From: Marinoscillum sp.
GTDB taxonomy: Bacteria > Bacteroidota > Bacteroidia > Cytophagales > MED-G16
Direction: 5' to 3'
Assembly (NCBI GenBank): GCA_038134805.1
Contig: JAYPVV010000002.1
Span: forward strand, 139,539 to 203,538
DNA: 64,000 bases
Positions within the stretch are counted from its first letter, which is position 1, and every line of letters starts with the position of its first letter. Below are positions 19,438-28,856 of the stretch, piece by piece. Made by a program: the position numbers and the translations under genes. Below the pieces are notes generated by a model. That model was given only the letters and a program-made list of their open reading frames with translations, was not told where the DNA came from and did no database searches.

Positions 19438-20751
19438 TTATAAAGAAAATAGAGAAGTTAGGAATATAATAAAGAGAAAACCTATAAAACTTTGGAGGAT
19501 TGTTAATAATGAAAAATACTTTAGACCAGAATTTAAATTTAGATTTGAATTTTTTATAACTATCCAGAAGTAAGAATCATTTATATGTGATACCATCATT
19601 GAACCACATCCTATCGATAATATTACCATAGTTAGATCAAAAATATCAAATCCATATTCTGAAATAATTGGAAAAATTATTGAGCTAACAATGATCATAG
19701 ATGATGTACTTGAACCCTGACTAGTTTTAAATAATGCACTTAAAAAAAAACTAATCAAAAGAATATACATAATACTTATTTCATTGATTTGAATTATAGA
19801 AGGGAGAATCTTAGATAAATTTGAATTTTTAATAATATTTCCAAATGCTGCTCCCATAGTTGTTACAGAAATTATAGGTATAAAATCTTTCATTGAATTC
19901 TTAAAAATTTTTGAAATGTTTTTTTCTTTCCTTGGAATAAATATTGAAAATATTAATCCAATAAAAAGAGCAGATTTTGGATTGCAAATCGTTTTTATAA
20001 AATTAAACAAAGAATCATTTTCATTAATGTTTATAAGATTTAATAATGAGCCTAATCCAATAATTATCAATGGAATAAGTATACTTAAATATGAAAAAAT
20101 ATGAGGTTTAGATTGTTTTTTTATAGAGATAGGTAGAATTATATTCCTTTCCTTTAATAAATTTCTTGCAAAAAAAAATGATGTGATTGAAGCAGGTAAT
20201 GAAATAAAAAATCCAAAAATCATTACGTATCCAATATGATTAATCATATTAAAATTATTAATTGCTCCTATTGGACCTGGTGTAGGTGGAATTAGTGTAT
20301 GTGATGCATATAACCCTCCTGAGAGTGAAAGATTCAAGCTTAATAAAGAGAAAGATGAGGATGATGCAATTGATTTTGATATCCCATTAAGAATAATAAA
20401 TGCAGAGTCACAAAAAACTACCGTTCCAACAAACAACCCAATTAAATTCATTGAAAGTAAAGAATTATTTTTCAAAGAGTATAAAAATATATTTCCAAAC
20501 TTATTTATTGATTTTGATTCAAAAAGAAATTGACCTATAAGACACCCTAATAATAATATAACTCCAATACCTTCTAAAGAAATAATAAACCCTTTTAGCT
20601 GAAAATCAACTATTTCACTCAAGCTCATTTGTAAAAGAATTCCCAATAAAAAAGAGCCAATAAAAAGAGAAAATGCTGGATTTATTTTAAAATAAGAACT
20701 TAAAGTAACAATTAATAAAACGGATATAAATAAATAAAAAAAAATAATCAC
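19438..20751 (-). CDS. GntP-family (gluconate:H+ symporter family) permease
   Basis: 437 aa polytopic membrane protein. HTLIPPTPGPIGA matches the GntP-family PPHPGP region. GTG start shares 1 nt with the pyrB TAG stop (TAGTG). Confidence 0.6.
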   Translation of the reverse strand: MIIFFYLFISVLLIVTLSSYFKINPAFSLFIGSFLLGILLQMSLSEIVDFQLKGFIISLEGIGVILLLGCLIGQFLFESKSINKFGNIFLYSLKNNSLLSMNLIGLFVGTVVFCDSAFIILNGISKSIASSSSFSLLSLNLSLSGGLYASHTLIPPTPGPIGAINNFNMINHIGYVMIFGFFISLPASITSFFFARNLLKERNIILPISIKKQSKPHIFSYLSILIPLIIIGLGSLLNLININENDSLFNFIKTICNPKSALFIGLIFSIFIPRKEKNISKIFKNSMKDFIPIISVTTMGAAFGNIIKNSNLSKILPSIIQINEISIMYILLISFFLSALFKTSQGSSTSSMIIVSSIIFPIISEYGFDIFDLTMVILSIGCGSMMVSHINDSYFWIVIKNSNLNLNSGLKYFSLLTILQSFIGFLFIIFLTSLFSL

Positions 20752-21677
20752 TAAACTTTGTTTAATGATAGGAGATACATTACTGCCATTCTTACTGCTA
20801 CTCCATTTTCTACCTGGTCTAATATCAGTGAGTTACTAGAATCTGCAACATCACTATTTATCTCAATCCCTCTATTGATAGGTCCTGGATGCATTATAAT
20901 TATATCTTTATTTATTTTCTGGAGTATTTTTTTATTAATTCCAAAGTAGAGACTGTATTCTCTTAAAGATGGAAAAAAAATATTTTGTTGTCTTTCAAGT
21001 TGAAGTCTTAATACGTTAGCAACATCACACCATTTTAAAGCATTCTCAATATTATTTTCAATTAATACCCCAAGTGAGTGTATATACTTAGGAATCAAAG
21101 TTGTTGGACCACAAAGCATTACCTTAGCTCCAAGTTTCTGTAAAGCATAAATATTAGAAATAGCAACTCTAGAATGATATATGTCTCCAATTATTGCTAC
21201 CTTCTTGTTTTTGAGATCTCCAAGTTTTTCTTTTATAGTGTAAGAATCTAATAATGCTTGAGTTGGATGTTCATGAGTTCCATCACCAGCATTAATAACA
21301 GCTGCATTTATATTTTTTGCAATAAAATGCGGAGCTCCTGGATTTGGGTGTCTCATGACAATCATATCAACCTTCATAACTAAAATATTATTAATTGTAT
21401 CTAAAAGTGATTCTCCTTTTTTTACAGAGCTCACAGATGAGGAGAAATTTATAATATCAGCAGATAATCTTTTTTGAGCAATTTCAAATGATAACTTAGT
21501 TCTTGTACTATTTTCAAAAAAAACATTAGCAATAGTCATATGTCTTAGTGAAGGAACTTTTTTTATTGGCCTCTGTAATACCTCTTTAAATTTATCAGCA
21601 GTCTCAAAGATTAAATTTATTTCATCAATTGATAAGTTTTTTATTCCTAATAAATCTTTTGATATTAATTTATCCAT
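20751..21677 (-). CDS. pyrB: aspartate carbamoyltransferase catalytic subunit
   Basis: 308 aa with FFENSTRTKLSFE, HEHPTQALLD and HPGPINRG motifs. Confidence 0.93.
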   Translation of the reverse strand: MDKLISKDLLGIKNLSIDEINLIFETADKFKEVLQRPIKKVPSLRHMTIANVFFENSTRTKLSFEIAQKRLSADIINFSSSVSSVKKGESLLDTINNILVMKVDMIVMRHPNPGAPHFIAKNINAAVINAGDGTHEHPTQALLDSYTIKEKLGDLKNKKVAIIGDIYHSRVAISNIYALQKLGAKVMLCGPTTLIPKYIHSLGVLIENNIENALKWCDVANVLRLQLERQQNIFFPSLREYSLYFGINKKILQKINKDIIIMHPGPINRGIEINSDVADSSNSLILDQVENGVAVRMAVMYLLSLNKV

Positions 21678-22214
21678 CTAATTAATTAACCATATATTGT
21701 CTTTTTCAAAACCTTGTTCAGCCAAATTAACTTCTACTCTATCAGAAGTAATTGTATTTATCTTAATACCACAATAAGTTGGTTCAACTGGGATATCTCT
21801 GGTATATTTTCTATCCACTAAAACTAGTAACTCAATTTTTTTTGGTCTACCAAAATTCATAATGCCTTCCATTGCAGATCTGACAGTTCTACCAGTAAAT
21901 AGTACATCATCTATAATCACTACATTTTTATCATCTACCAAAAAGGGGATCAAAGTCTCCTTGGCTCTATGAATAGTTCTTGATCTAAAATCATCCCTGT
22001 AAAATGTAGTGTCTAATATTCCTGATTGCACTTCTTTATTTAAAATATTTTTTAAAATTTTTTTTATACGATCTAAAAAATAAATACCTCTTGGTTGAAG
22101 TCCAATTAGTACAGTATCTGAAAAGGAGTTATGGTTTTCAATTAATTGATGACAAAGTCTATTGATGGTAATTTCTAATCTTGCTTCATTAAACAATCTA
22201 GATTTATTTGTCAT
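21678..22214 (-). CDS. pyrR: bifunctional pyr operon regulator / uracil phosphoribosyltransferase PyrR
   Basis: 178 aa with the PRTase motif VVIIDDVLFTGRTVRSA. Length and N-terminal region are typical of PyrR. Directly abuts pyrB. Confidence 0.85.
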   Translation of the reverse strand: MTNKSRLFNEARLEITINRLCHQLIENHNSFSDTVLIGLQPRGIYFLDRIKKILKNILNKEVQSGILDTTFYRDDFRSRTIHRAKETLIPFLVDDKNVVIIDDVLFTGRTVRSAMEGIMNFGRPKKIELLVLVDRKYTRDIPVEPTYCGIKINTITSDRVEVNLAEQGFEKDNIWLIN

Positions 22215-22258
22215 TTATTTACAAATATAAATGTATTTAGTAACTAGAGATATATCAT

Positions 22259-23869
22259 TCAATGAATTTCAATTTTAGATATAAAAAATACTATTTTAAT
22301 TTTATTTTCTGGATTAGTTTCTTTCAACTTTTGGATACCATAAGTATAAAAAATATTATCATACCAGTTCCTTGTCCCTTCTGGATTAGTTTCTGTTTTA
22401 ACTATAGTTTTATTTTCGTTAGCATTTAGACTAATGGTTTCATTTCTACTTATAAAGTTTTCTTTTATTTCATTATAATTAAATTCAGCTTTTCCTTTAC
22501 TGATATAAAATTCAACAACTTGGTTTTTTTCAATCAAATATTTTTTATATGTCCTTTTATAAAATGTATTCAGTTTATCAATTTCTGAAACTGAGTTCCA
22601 AAATATATTTCCCTCAATGTCTAGTATTAAAAAAATATTTACTTCATGATTATAACCTCCAAAATTAGGATTAGATTTTTGATCATAGGTTCCAGAGAAA
22701 GTATTATAATAGGGTATATAAGAATAATTACTAAATCCATCATTATTGAAATTTTCTTTAATAGATTCTAATGATAAAAAGATTTTCTCATCATATATGA
22801 AAAAAGTATCTAAAACAAAATCATAGCCTAAACTTATATTTTCATAATTTTTATTTTCAATTTTTTTTTCAATATTATTTTTTTTCTTAATTAATAAATT
22901 AGAAAATGAAGATATCTCTAGTAAATTAATTTTTTTACTAATCAAATTTTTTCCTTCTGAGAAAATATCAAATTGTATTGCATTACCAAGGTTAGACTTT
23001 TTTTGTTTTAGAAGTGAAATACTAAGGTCTAAATCATCCTTAGTAATTATTTTAGTATTTAAAATTGAATTAAATTTTGAATTAATAGAATATGATTGAA
23101 TTTTTTCTCCATTTAGATTATATGAAATTTTATTAATATAAGCAAAATTTTTTAAGAGCTGAGTTTGTTCTATAACATAAAATGATGAAAGATTATTTTT
23201 AATTATATCTAAAATTTTAGAATTATTATTATTTAAAAACTCAAAAATATTAATGAGTTGATTACTGAATAAATTATAAATACTGATAATATTTTTTCCA
23301 TTTTTTAAAGTGCCCAGAAGAACAATATCATTTTCAAAAAAAATTGCTTTTTGCAGATTTAAACTAATAGGTAATGAAATTTCTTTTTGAGAAATTGAGT
23401 TTTTTCTAAAATTATATTCAACAATCAAAAATTCTTTCTCATTAGAATAATTTTTTTGAAAAAGAATTTTATAAGAATTAAAACTTGAATTAATTTGATA
23501 TACCAAATAAGATCTATCTATTTCAAAAAAGATATTATTAATAAATTCTAAATTTTTATCAAATAATTTTATTTCCCATTTTAAGTTTTTTCCAGTTTCT
23601 AAATCTTTAAGTAGAATAAGATTTTGTTCATTAGAATGAGTATAAAAGTTTCTATCTAATTCACTAAGTGTAAATTCAATTCTTTTTTTTTGATAAAGAA
23701 TAGTATCTAAATTACCTTGTGAAAATGAATGAAAAGTTATTAATGAGTTTAATAGAAAAAAAATGAAAATTTTGATAATAAGATTTTCATCTTTAGGTGA
23801 TATTGTATTAACTACACCTATTCCTAGATTATTAAAGAAGAAATTCCCAAACTCTGAAATACATTTCAT
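22259..23869 (-). CDS. hypothetical exported/membrane-anchored protein (orphan, no family recognised)
   Basis: About 536 aa from the ATG at 23869 (the track uses TTG at 23875). A hydrophobic segment IIKIFIFFLLNSLITFHSFS|QG begins about 30 aa in. N/K/I/F-rich, no recognisable motifs. The 5' end overlaps the GT9 gene on the opposite strand, so the start is uncertain. Confidence 0.5.
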   Translation of the reverse strand: MKCISEFGNFFFNNLGIGVVNTISPKDENLIIKIFIFFLLNSLITFHSFSQGNLDTILYQKKRIEFTLSELDRNFYTHSNEQNLILLKDLETGKNLKWEIKLFDKNLEFINNIFFEIDRSYLVYQINSSFNSYKILFQKNYSNEKEFLIVEYNFRKNSISQKEISLPISLNLQKAIFFENDIVLLGTLKNGKNIISIYNLFSNQLINIFEFLNNNNSKILDIIKNNLSSFYVIEQTQLLKNFAYINKISYNLNGEKIQSYSINSKFNSILNTKIITKDDLDLSISLLKQKKSNLGNAIQFDIFSEGKNLISKKINLLEISSFSNLLIKKKNNIEKKIENKNYENISLGYDFVLDTFFIYDEKIFLSLESIKENFNNDGFSNYSYIPYYNTFSGTYDQKSNPNFGGYNHEVNIFLILDIEGNIFWNSVSEIDKLNTFYKRTYKKYLIEKNQVVEFYISKGKAEFNYNEIKENFISRNETISLNANENKTIVKTETNPEGTRNWYDNIFYTYGIQKLKETNPENKIKIVFFISKIEIH

Positions 23870-24746
23870 TACCAAAACTAGTTATTTTGATGTTTATATT
23901 AACAATGGAAATATAGATAAGCTAATAGAATTCAATGATAATTTATTGGAAATTATTAAAAAACTAAAAAAAGAAAATTATGATTTTATTATTGATCTTC
24001 ATAATAATTTACGCTCTCGAATAATTAAATTTTTATTAAATAAACGAACTATAACGTATAAAAAGCAGTTTTTAAAAAGATGGATTTATACCAATTTCAA
24101 GTTATATTTTAAGATTAATCATATTGTTGATTCATATATTGACACACTTTCCCATTTTGGTATTGAAAATGATGGTTTAGGACTAGACTTTTATCTTAGC
24201 CAGAGATCTCTTAATAAAATAGCAAAAAGTATTTTTGAAAATAAAAAAATGACAGCTTTTGTAGTAGGAGCTAAACATTATACAAAAATATTACCATTAA
24301 ATAAATTAATAGAGTTATGTGATAAAATAAATGGACCAATAGCACTTATTGGAGGTAAATCTGAGAAAAAAATAGGCAAAGAATTAGAAAATTTTTTTAA
24401 TCATTCAACAAATGATGAAATTATTTTAAAGTTAAATCAAAGAACCAAAATTTTTAATTTCTGTGGAATTTTATCTATTGAAGAGTCTGCAGCTCTTATG
24501 AAATATTGTGATAAAGTTTATACTCATGATACAGGATTTATGCATATAGCTGCAGCATTAAAAAAAGAAGTAATTTCTATTTATGGATCAACTAATCCAG
24601 ATATAGGATTTTATCCTTATGGTACTAAATTCAGCGTTATAGAAAATAAAAAGATTTCATGTAGACCATGTACAAAAATTGGTTACTCAAAATGTCCAAT
24701 AAATCATTTTAAATGCCTTAAAGAAATAAATTTTGATAATTTATAG
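23763..24746 (+). CDS. glycosyltransferase family 9 (heptosyltransferase-like)
   Basis: 327 aa. The N-terminus MKILIIRFSSLGDIVLTTP is the conserved GT9 start. C-terminal THDTGFMHIAAAL is present. Confidence 0.8.
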   Translation: MKILIIRFSSLGDIVLTTPIPRLLKKKFPNSEIHFITKTSYFDVYINNGNIDKLIEFNDNLLEIIKKLKKENYDFIIDLHNNLRSRIIKFLLNKRTITYKKQFLKRWIYTNFKLYFKINHIVDSYIDTLSHFGIENDGLGLDFYLSQRSLNKIAKSIFENKKMTAFVVGAKHYTKILPLNKLIELCDKINGPIALIGGKSEKKIGKELENFFNHSTNDEIILKLNQRTKIFNFCGILSIEESAALMKYCDKVYTHDTGFMHIAAALKKEVISIYGSTNPDIGFYPYGTKFSVIENKKISCRPCTKIGYSKCPINHFKCLKEINFDNL

Positions 24747-24749
24747 AAA

Positions 24750-25247
24750 ATGAAAAAAATTATTATCATAAGACATTCTAAGTCTAGTTGGTCAGAGGTA
24801 GGATTGGCTGACTTTGATAGGCCTCTTAGTGAGAGAGGAGAAAACGATGCTGATTTAATGTCAAAAAAATTATTAAAAAAAGCTTCCAAAATTGATCTCC
24901 TAATTTCAAGTTCATCAAAAAGAACTAGACTAACATCAAATTATTTTATTAATCAAATTAATATTAAATCAGTAAGATATATTGATGAGTTATACCATGC
25001 TTCATCAGATGAAATATTTAATATTTTAGTAAATATTGATAAAAGTATTAATTCATTAATTTTAGTAGGCCATAATCCAGGTTTAACTAATTTCATTAAT
25101 AATTTAACTCATTTAAATCTTTATAATTTGCCAACATCTGGAATAGTAATTCTAAGCTTTATTAATGATGAATGGAATATGAAAGAATTAGAAAAAAATC
25201 AGTTAAATGTTGAATGGATAAAGTTTCCTAAAGACTTTAAATTATAG
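24750..25247 (+). CDS. histidine phosphatase family protein (SixA-like)
   Basis: 165 aa with N-terminal IIIRHSKSSW (RH catalytic motif) and later VGHNPGL. Confidence 0.7.
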   Translation: MKKIIIIRHSKSSWSEVGLADFDRPLSERGENDADLMSKKLLKKASKIDLLISSSSKRTRLTSNYFINQINIKSVRYIDELYHASSDEIFNILVNIDKSINSLILVGHNPGLTNFINNLTHLNLYNLPTSGIVILSFINDEWNMKELEKNQLNVEWIKFPKDFKL

Positions 25248-26627
25248 TATATATTCACTTAAATCTTTATTTTGAGTTATTGAATTTAACTTTTCTTCAA
25301 CTAATTTTTTAGTTATAACTACTTTGGCATTTGGACCAATTTTTTCTGGTATATCAAATAAAATTTCATTCAGTAACTTACTCATAACAGTATGAAGTCT
25401 TCTTGCTCCAATATTTTCAATTTCAGAGTTAATTATATAAGCTTTATTAGATATTTCTTCAAGAGCATCATTATTAAATATAATTTCAACATTTTCGGAT
25501 TTAATTAAAGCCTTGTACTGTTTGGTTAAAGAATTTTTAGGTTCAGAAAGTATTCTAAGAAAATCTTGTTGTGTTAATTCATCTAACTCAACTCTTATAG
25601 GAAATCTACCTTGAAGTTCTGGGATAAGATCTGATGGTTTAGAGAGATGAAAAGCACCTGCTGCAATAAAAAGAATGTGATCAGTGTTGATTATTCCATA
25701 TTTAGTGGTTACAGCAGTTCCTTCAACAATAGGTAATAGATCTCTCTGAACACCTTCTCTGCTAACATCTGGTCCCCCACTTTTCTTAGAACCACTAATT
25801 TTATCTATTTCATCAATAAAAATAATTCCTGTATTCTCTGCTTTTTTAATTGCTTCATCTTTAACTTCATCCATATCTATTAATTTTGAAACTTCTGCTT
25901 CCAATAAAATTTTTTTAGCTTCTCCAATTGATACCTTCCTTTTTTTGTTCCTTTTAGGCATCATGTTACTTATCATATCTTGAAGATTAATCATTGATGA
26001 CTCATCCATCATTCCACCACCAATCATACCAATTCCTGAATTAGATGGCTTTTGAACAACTATCTCAATCTTTCTATCATCTAATTCACCACTTTTAATT
26101 TTTTCTCTAAATTTTTCTCTTGTCTTTTCGTTTATCTCTTTATCCTCACTATTACTATTTTTTTCTAGACTTAAATTAATATTTGACTCCACTTTATTAA
26201 GAGGAGGTATTAATATATCAAGTATTATATTATTAACACTTTCTTCAGCTTTTATTTTTACTTCTTCCTTTTTAATTGTTTTCACAAGATTTACAGATTG
26301 TTCTACCAAGTCTCTAACCATACTTTCAACATCTCTTCCAACATAACCTACCTCAGTAAACTTTGAAGCTTCAACTTTAGTGAAGGGAGCATCTGCTAAA
26401 TGTGCTAATCTTCTAGCAATTTCAGTTTTTCCAACACCAGTAGCTCCAATCATTAATATATTATTTGGAATAATTTCATTTTTTATATCTCCCTCTACAT
26501 TCATCCTTCTCCATCTATTTCTAAGAGCAATTGCAACATTTCTCTTTGCATCAGATTGACCAATGATATACTTATCTAATTCTTTAACTATTTCTTGAGG
26601 AGTCATATTTTTTATTTTTTCCATCAC
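25242..26627 (-). CDS. hslU: ATP-dependent protease ATPase subunit HslU
   Basis: 461 aa with MTPQEIVKELDKYIIGQSDAKRNVAIALRNRWRR, Walker A GATGVGKTEIARRLA, and IIFIDEIDKI. Confidence 0.93.
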   Translation of the reverse strand: MMEKIKNMTPQEIVKELDKYIIGQSDAKRNVAIALRNRWRRMNVEGDIKNEIIPNNILMIGATGVGKTEIARRLAHLADAPFTKVEASKFTEVGYVGRDVESMVRDLVEQSVNLVKTIKKEEVKIKAEESVNNIILDILIPPLNKVESNINLSLEKNSNSEDKEINEKTREKFREKIKSGELDDRKIEIVVQKPSNSGIGMIGGGMMDESSMINLQDMISNMMPKRNKKRKVSIGEAKKILLEAEVSKLIDMDEVKDEAIKKAENTGIIFIDEIDKISGSKKSGGPDVSREGVQRDLLPIVEGTAVTTKYGIINTDHILFIAAGAFHLSKPSDLIPELQGRFPIRVELDELTQQDFLRILSEPKNSLTKQYKALIKSENVEIIFNNDALEEISNKAYIINSEIENIGARRLHTVMSKLLNEILFDIPEKIGPNAKVVITKKLVEEKLNSITQNKDLSEYIL

Positions 26628-26628
26628 T

Positions 26629-27579
26629 TTATAATTTTTTTAGGTTATAGTTTATAGATATATTGTTAGAATTTGAAATTGAATTCAAAATTAATCTAGA
26701 ATAATTTAAAATGATTCTTTTTAGCTTTAATTCTAGTCCGTAAGACACTCCATTTAATTTACTAGAATTTATTAATTTAAAACTTTTATCATTAAGGTAA
26801 TTATATCCCAATAATATATCTAAATATTTAGATAATAAAACTTCTACCCCAAATGAAAAGTTTTCTTTTAGATAATTTTTTTGAGACCCTATATAAGTTA
26901 ATGAAAATCTAAAAGGCATATATTGGGGTTTTACTGAGGAACCAATTTTAAAATAAGATGGCAGGTCTAAATGATTTTCACCAAAAATAAATCCAAAGTT
27001 TTTAAGAACTACTCCTATTGAGACATCTTTATCTTTGATTGGGGTAATAATAGTTCCAAAATCTATCAAAAATCCTGAAAATGAATAATCAAAGTATTTA
27101 GAATACACATATTTTAAATTTGTTCCAATCGAAAAATTTGACCAAGAAAAAGATTTTCCAAAAAAAATGGAATATTCATTTGGATAAAAAATGCCAGTAA
27201 AATTACCAAAGTTGTCATATCCTTTAAATTCTCCACTAGAAAAATATTTTATTCCAAATCCATAATTTCCAATATATTTAGAAGTATCTGAATAGAGAAA
27301 ACTTGAGGAGTTTAAGTCAGAAATAAAGTTTAAATAATTTAATGATAATGAATTAGATTTTATAAAAGCTGGATTTTCAAAAAAGTAATTATTGTTTAGA
27401 GATATATTGTGCCCCCCAAGAGCATTTATTCTTGAATTATCACTAATATTAATGAATGATACATCTTGAGGTTGAGAGTATAAATTATTACTAAAAATCT
27501 GAATGAGAATAAAGAAAGTAAATAAATAAGAATAAATTTTATTAAATAAATAGTTTATAAATATCATTGAGAATAACAT
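26629..27579 (-). CDS. outer-membrane beta-barrel protein, type IX secretion PorQ-like
   Basis: 316 aa with signal peptide ..NNLYS|QPQ. The N-terminal FINISDNSRINALGG....NPAFI resembles the PorQ-family signature as I remember it. Beta-strand-like alternating pattern throughout. Confidence 0.5.
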   Translation of the reverse strand: MLFSMIFINYLFNKIYSYLFTFFILIQIFSNNLYSQPQDVSFINISDNSRINALGGHNISLNNNYFFENPAFIKSNSLSLNYLNFISDLNSSSFLYSDTSKYIGNYGFGIKYFSSGEFKGYDNFGNFTGIFYPNEYSIFFGKSFSWSNFSIGTNLKYVYSKYFDYSFSGFLIDFGTIITPIKDKDVSIGVVLKNFGFIFGENHLDLPSYFKIGSSVKPQYMPFRFSLTYIGSQKNYLKENFSFGVEVLLSKYLDILLGYNYLNDKSFKLINSSKLNGVSYGLELKLKRIILNYSRLILNSISNSNNISINYNLKKL

Positions 27580-28855
27580 ATGACATTAAACCTAGTAATA
27601 TAATAACTCCAAATCTGGTAGAATATTCTAAAAATTTTTCAGTAGGTTTTTTACCAGAAAATAATTCGTAAATTATGAAAGCGGCATGACCACCATCTAA
27701 TGCTGGTATTGGTAATAAATTCATGAAAGCTAAAACCATTGAAAGTAATCCCACAATTCGCCAAAAATTCCCCCAATCCCATGTGTTTCCAAAAATTTGT
27801 GCGATTCCAATTGGTCCACTTAGATTTTTAGATGGATCAATGTCACCAGAAAACATTTTGCTAAAGGCTTTAATATTTAAAAATACTATTCCAAAAGCCT
27901 TTTGAGAACCAATTATTGAAGATTCTAAAAAATTAAATTGTTTTTCAGAAAAGGTTAGAGGTTCGCTTAATGTTTTAATTCCAATAGTGGCATCTTTATT
28001 AATCTCAACAACTTTTTCAATAACTTTATTGTCTCTATTTATAGTTAATTGAACAATTGAACTTTTATTTTTTTCTAAAATTGATTTTAACTCAAATACA
28101 TCCACAATAAAAGTTTCATCAACTTTTAAAATTTTATCACCTTTTCTAATATCTGCAGCAAGAGCATTACTATAGACACTATCTATTTTAAATGGAGTCC
28201 TAGCTTTTAGGAATGAGCTCATAGCCTCTCTGCTATTCATTTTATTAATGAAATTATCAGGTATGTTTATTTCAATATTTTTATTATCTCTTAAGACAGT
28301 GAATGTTGTATTATTATCAAAAAATAAATTAGGATCAAATAATTCAGAATCTCTTTCCCAATCATTTCCATTGATTAATAGAATTTTATCACCAGTTTGA
28401 AAACCCGCCTCAACACCTAAATCTAAAGCTATTATTCCATTTTTATTAATTTCTTCTTTTGAAAGGTAGATCTCTCCATTGTTAAAAGTTATTAGAGTAA
28501 AAATAAAAAGTCCAGTTATTACATTAAAAATAATTCCTCCTAACATTACAGTCAGCCTTTGCCATGCAGGTTTAGATCTAAATTCCCACGGTTCAGGTTT
28601 TTTATTTATATGCGAGGTGTCCATAGACTCATCAATTATTCCTGATATTTTAACAAAACCACCAAGAGGAATTGAACCTAGACCATATTCAGTTCCTTTA
28701 TAAATAAAACTCCATATTTTTGGAGGAAATCCAATAAAATATTTTTCCACCTTCATGCCAAATATTTTTGCCGTGATTAGATGCCCAAATTCATGAATTC
28801 CAACTATTATAGTTAAAGCTAGAATCATTTGAGCAGCCATTATCAATCCATCCAT
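27542..28855 (-). CDS. rseP: RIP metalloprotease RseP (site-2 protease)
   Basis: 437 aa with an HEFGH zinc motif in the first TM region, PDZ-like middle segments, and NLLPIPALDGGH. Confidence 0.92.
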   Translation of the reverse strand: MDGLIMAAQMILALTIIVGIHEFGHLITAKIFGMKVEKYFIGFPPKIWSFIYKGTEYGLGSIPLGGFVKISGIIDESMDTSHINKKPEPWEFRSKPAWQRLTVMLGGIIFNVITGLFIFTLITFNNGEIYLSKEEINKNGIIALDLGVEAGFQTGDKILLINGNDWERDSELFDPNLFFDNNTTFTVLRDNKNIEINIPDNFINKMNSREAMSSFLKARTPFKIDSVYSNALAADIRKGDKILKVDETFIVDVFELKSILEKNKSSIVQLTINRDNKVIEKVVEINKDATIGIKTLSEPLTFSEKQFNFLESSIIGSQKAFGIVFLNIKAFSKMFSGDIDPSKNLSGPIGIAQIFGNTWDWGNFWRIVGLLSMVLAFMNLLPIPALDGGHAAFIIYELFSGKKPTEKFLEYSTRFGVIILLGLMSYVILNDIYKLFI

Positions 28856-28856
28856 A

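Noticed and set aside
22215-22330. A PyrR-binding attenuator or anti-terminator leader upstream of pyrR.
   Set aside because: Only 44 nt separate pyrR from the preceding gene. The nearest resemblance to the PyrR box (UCCAGA.. around 22311) lacks the GAGG continuation and lies inside coding sequence.
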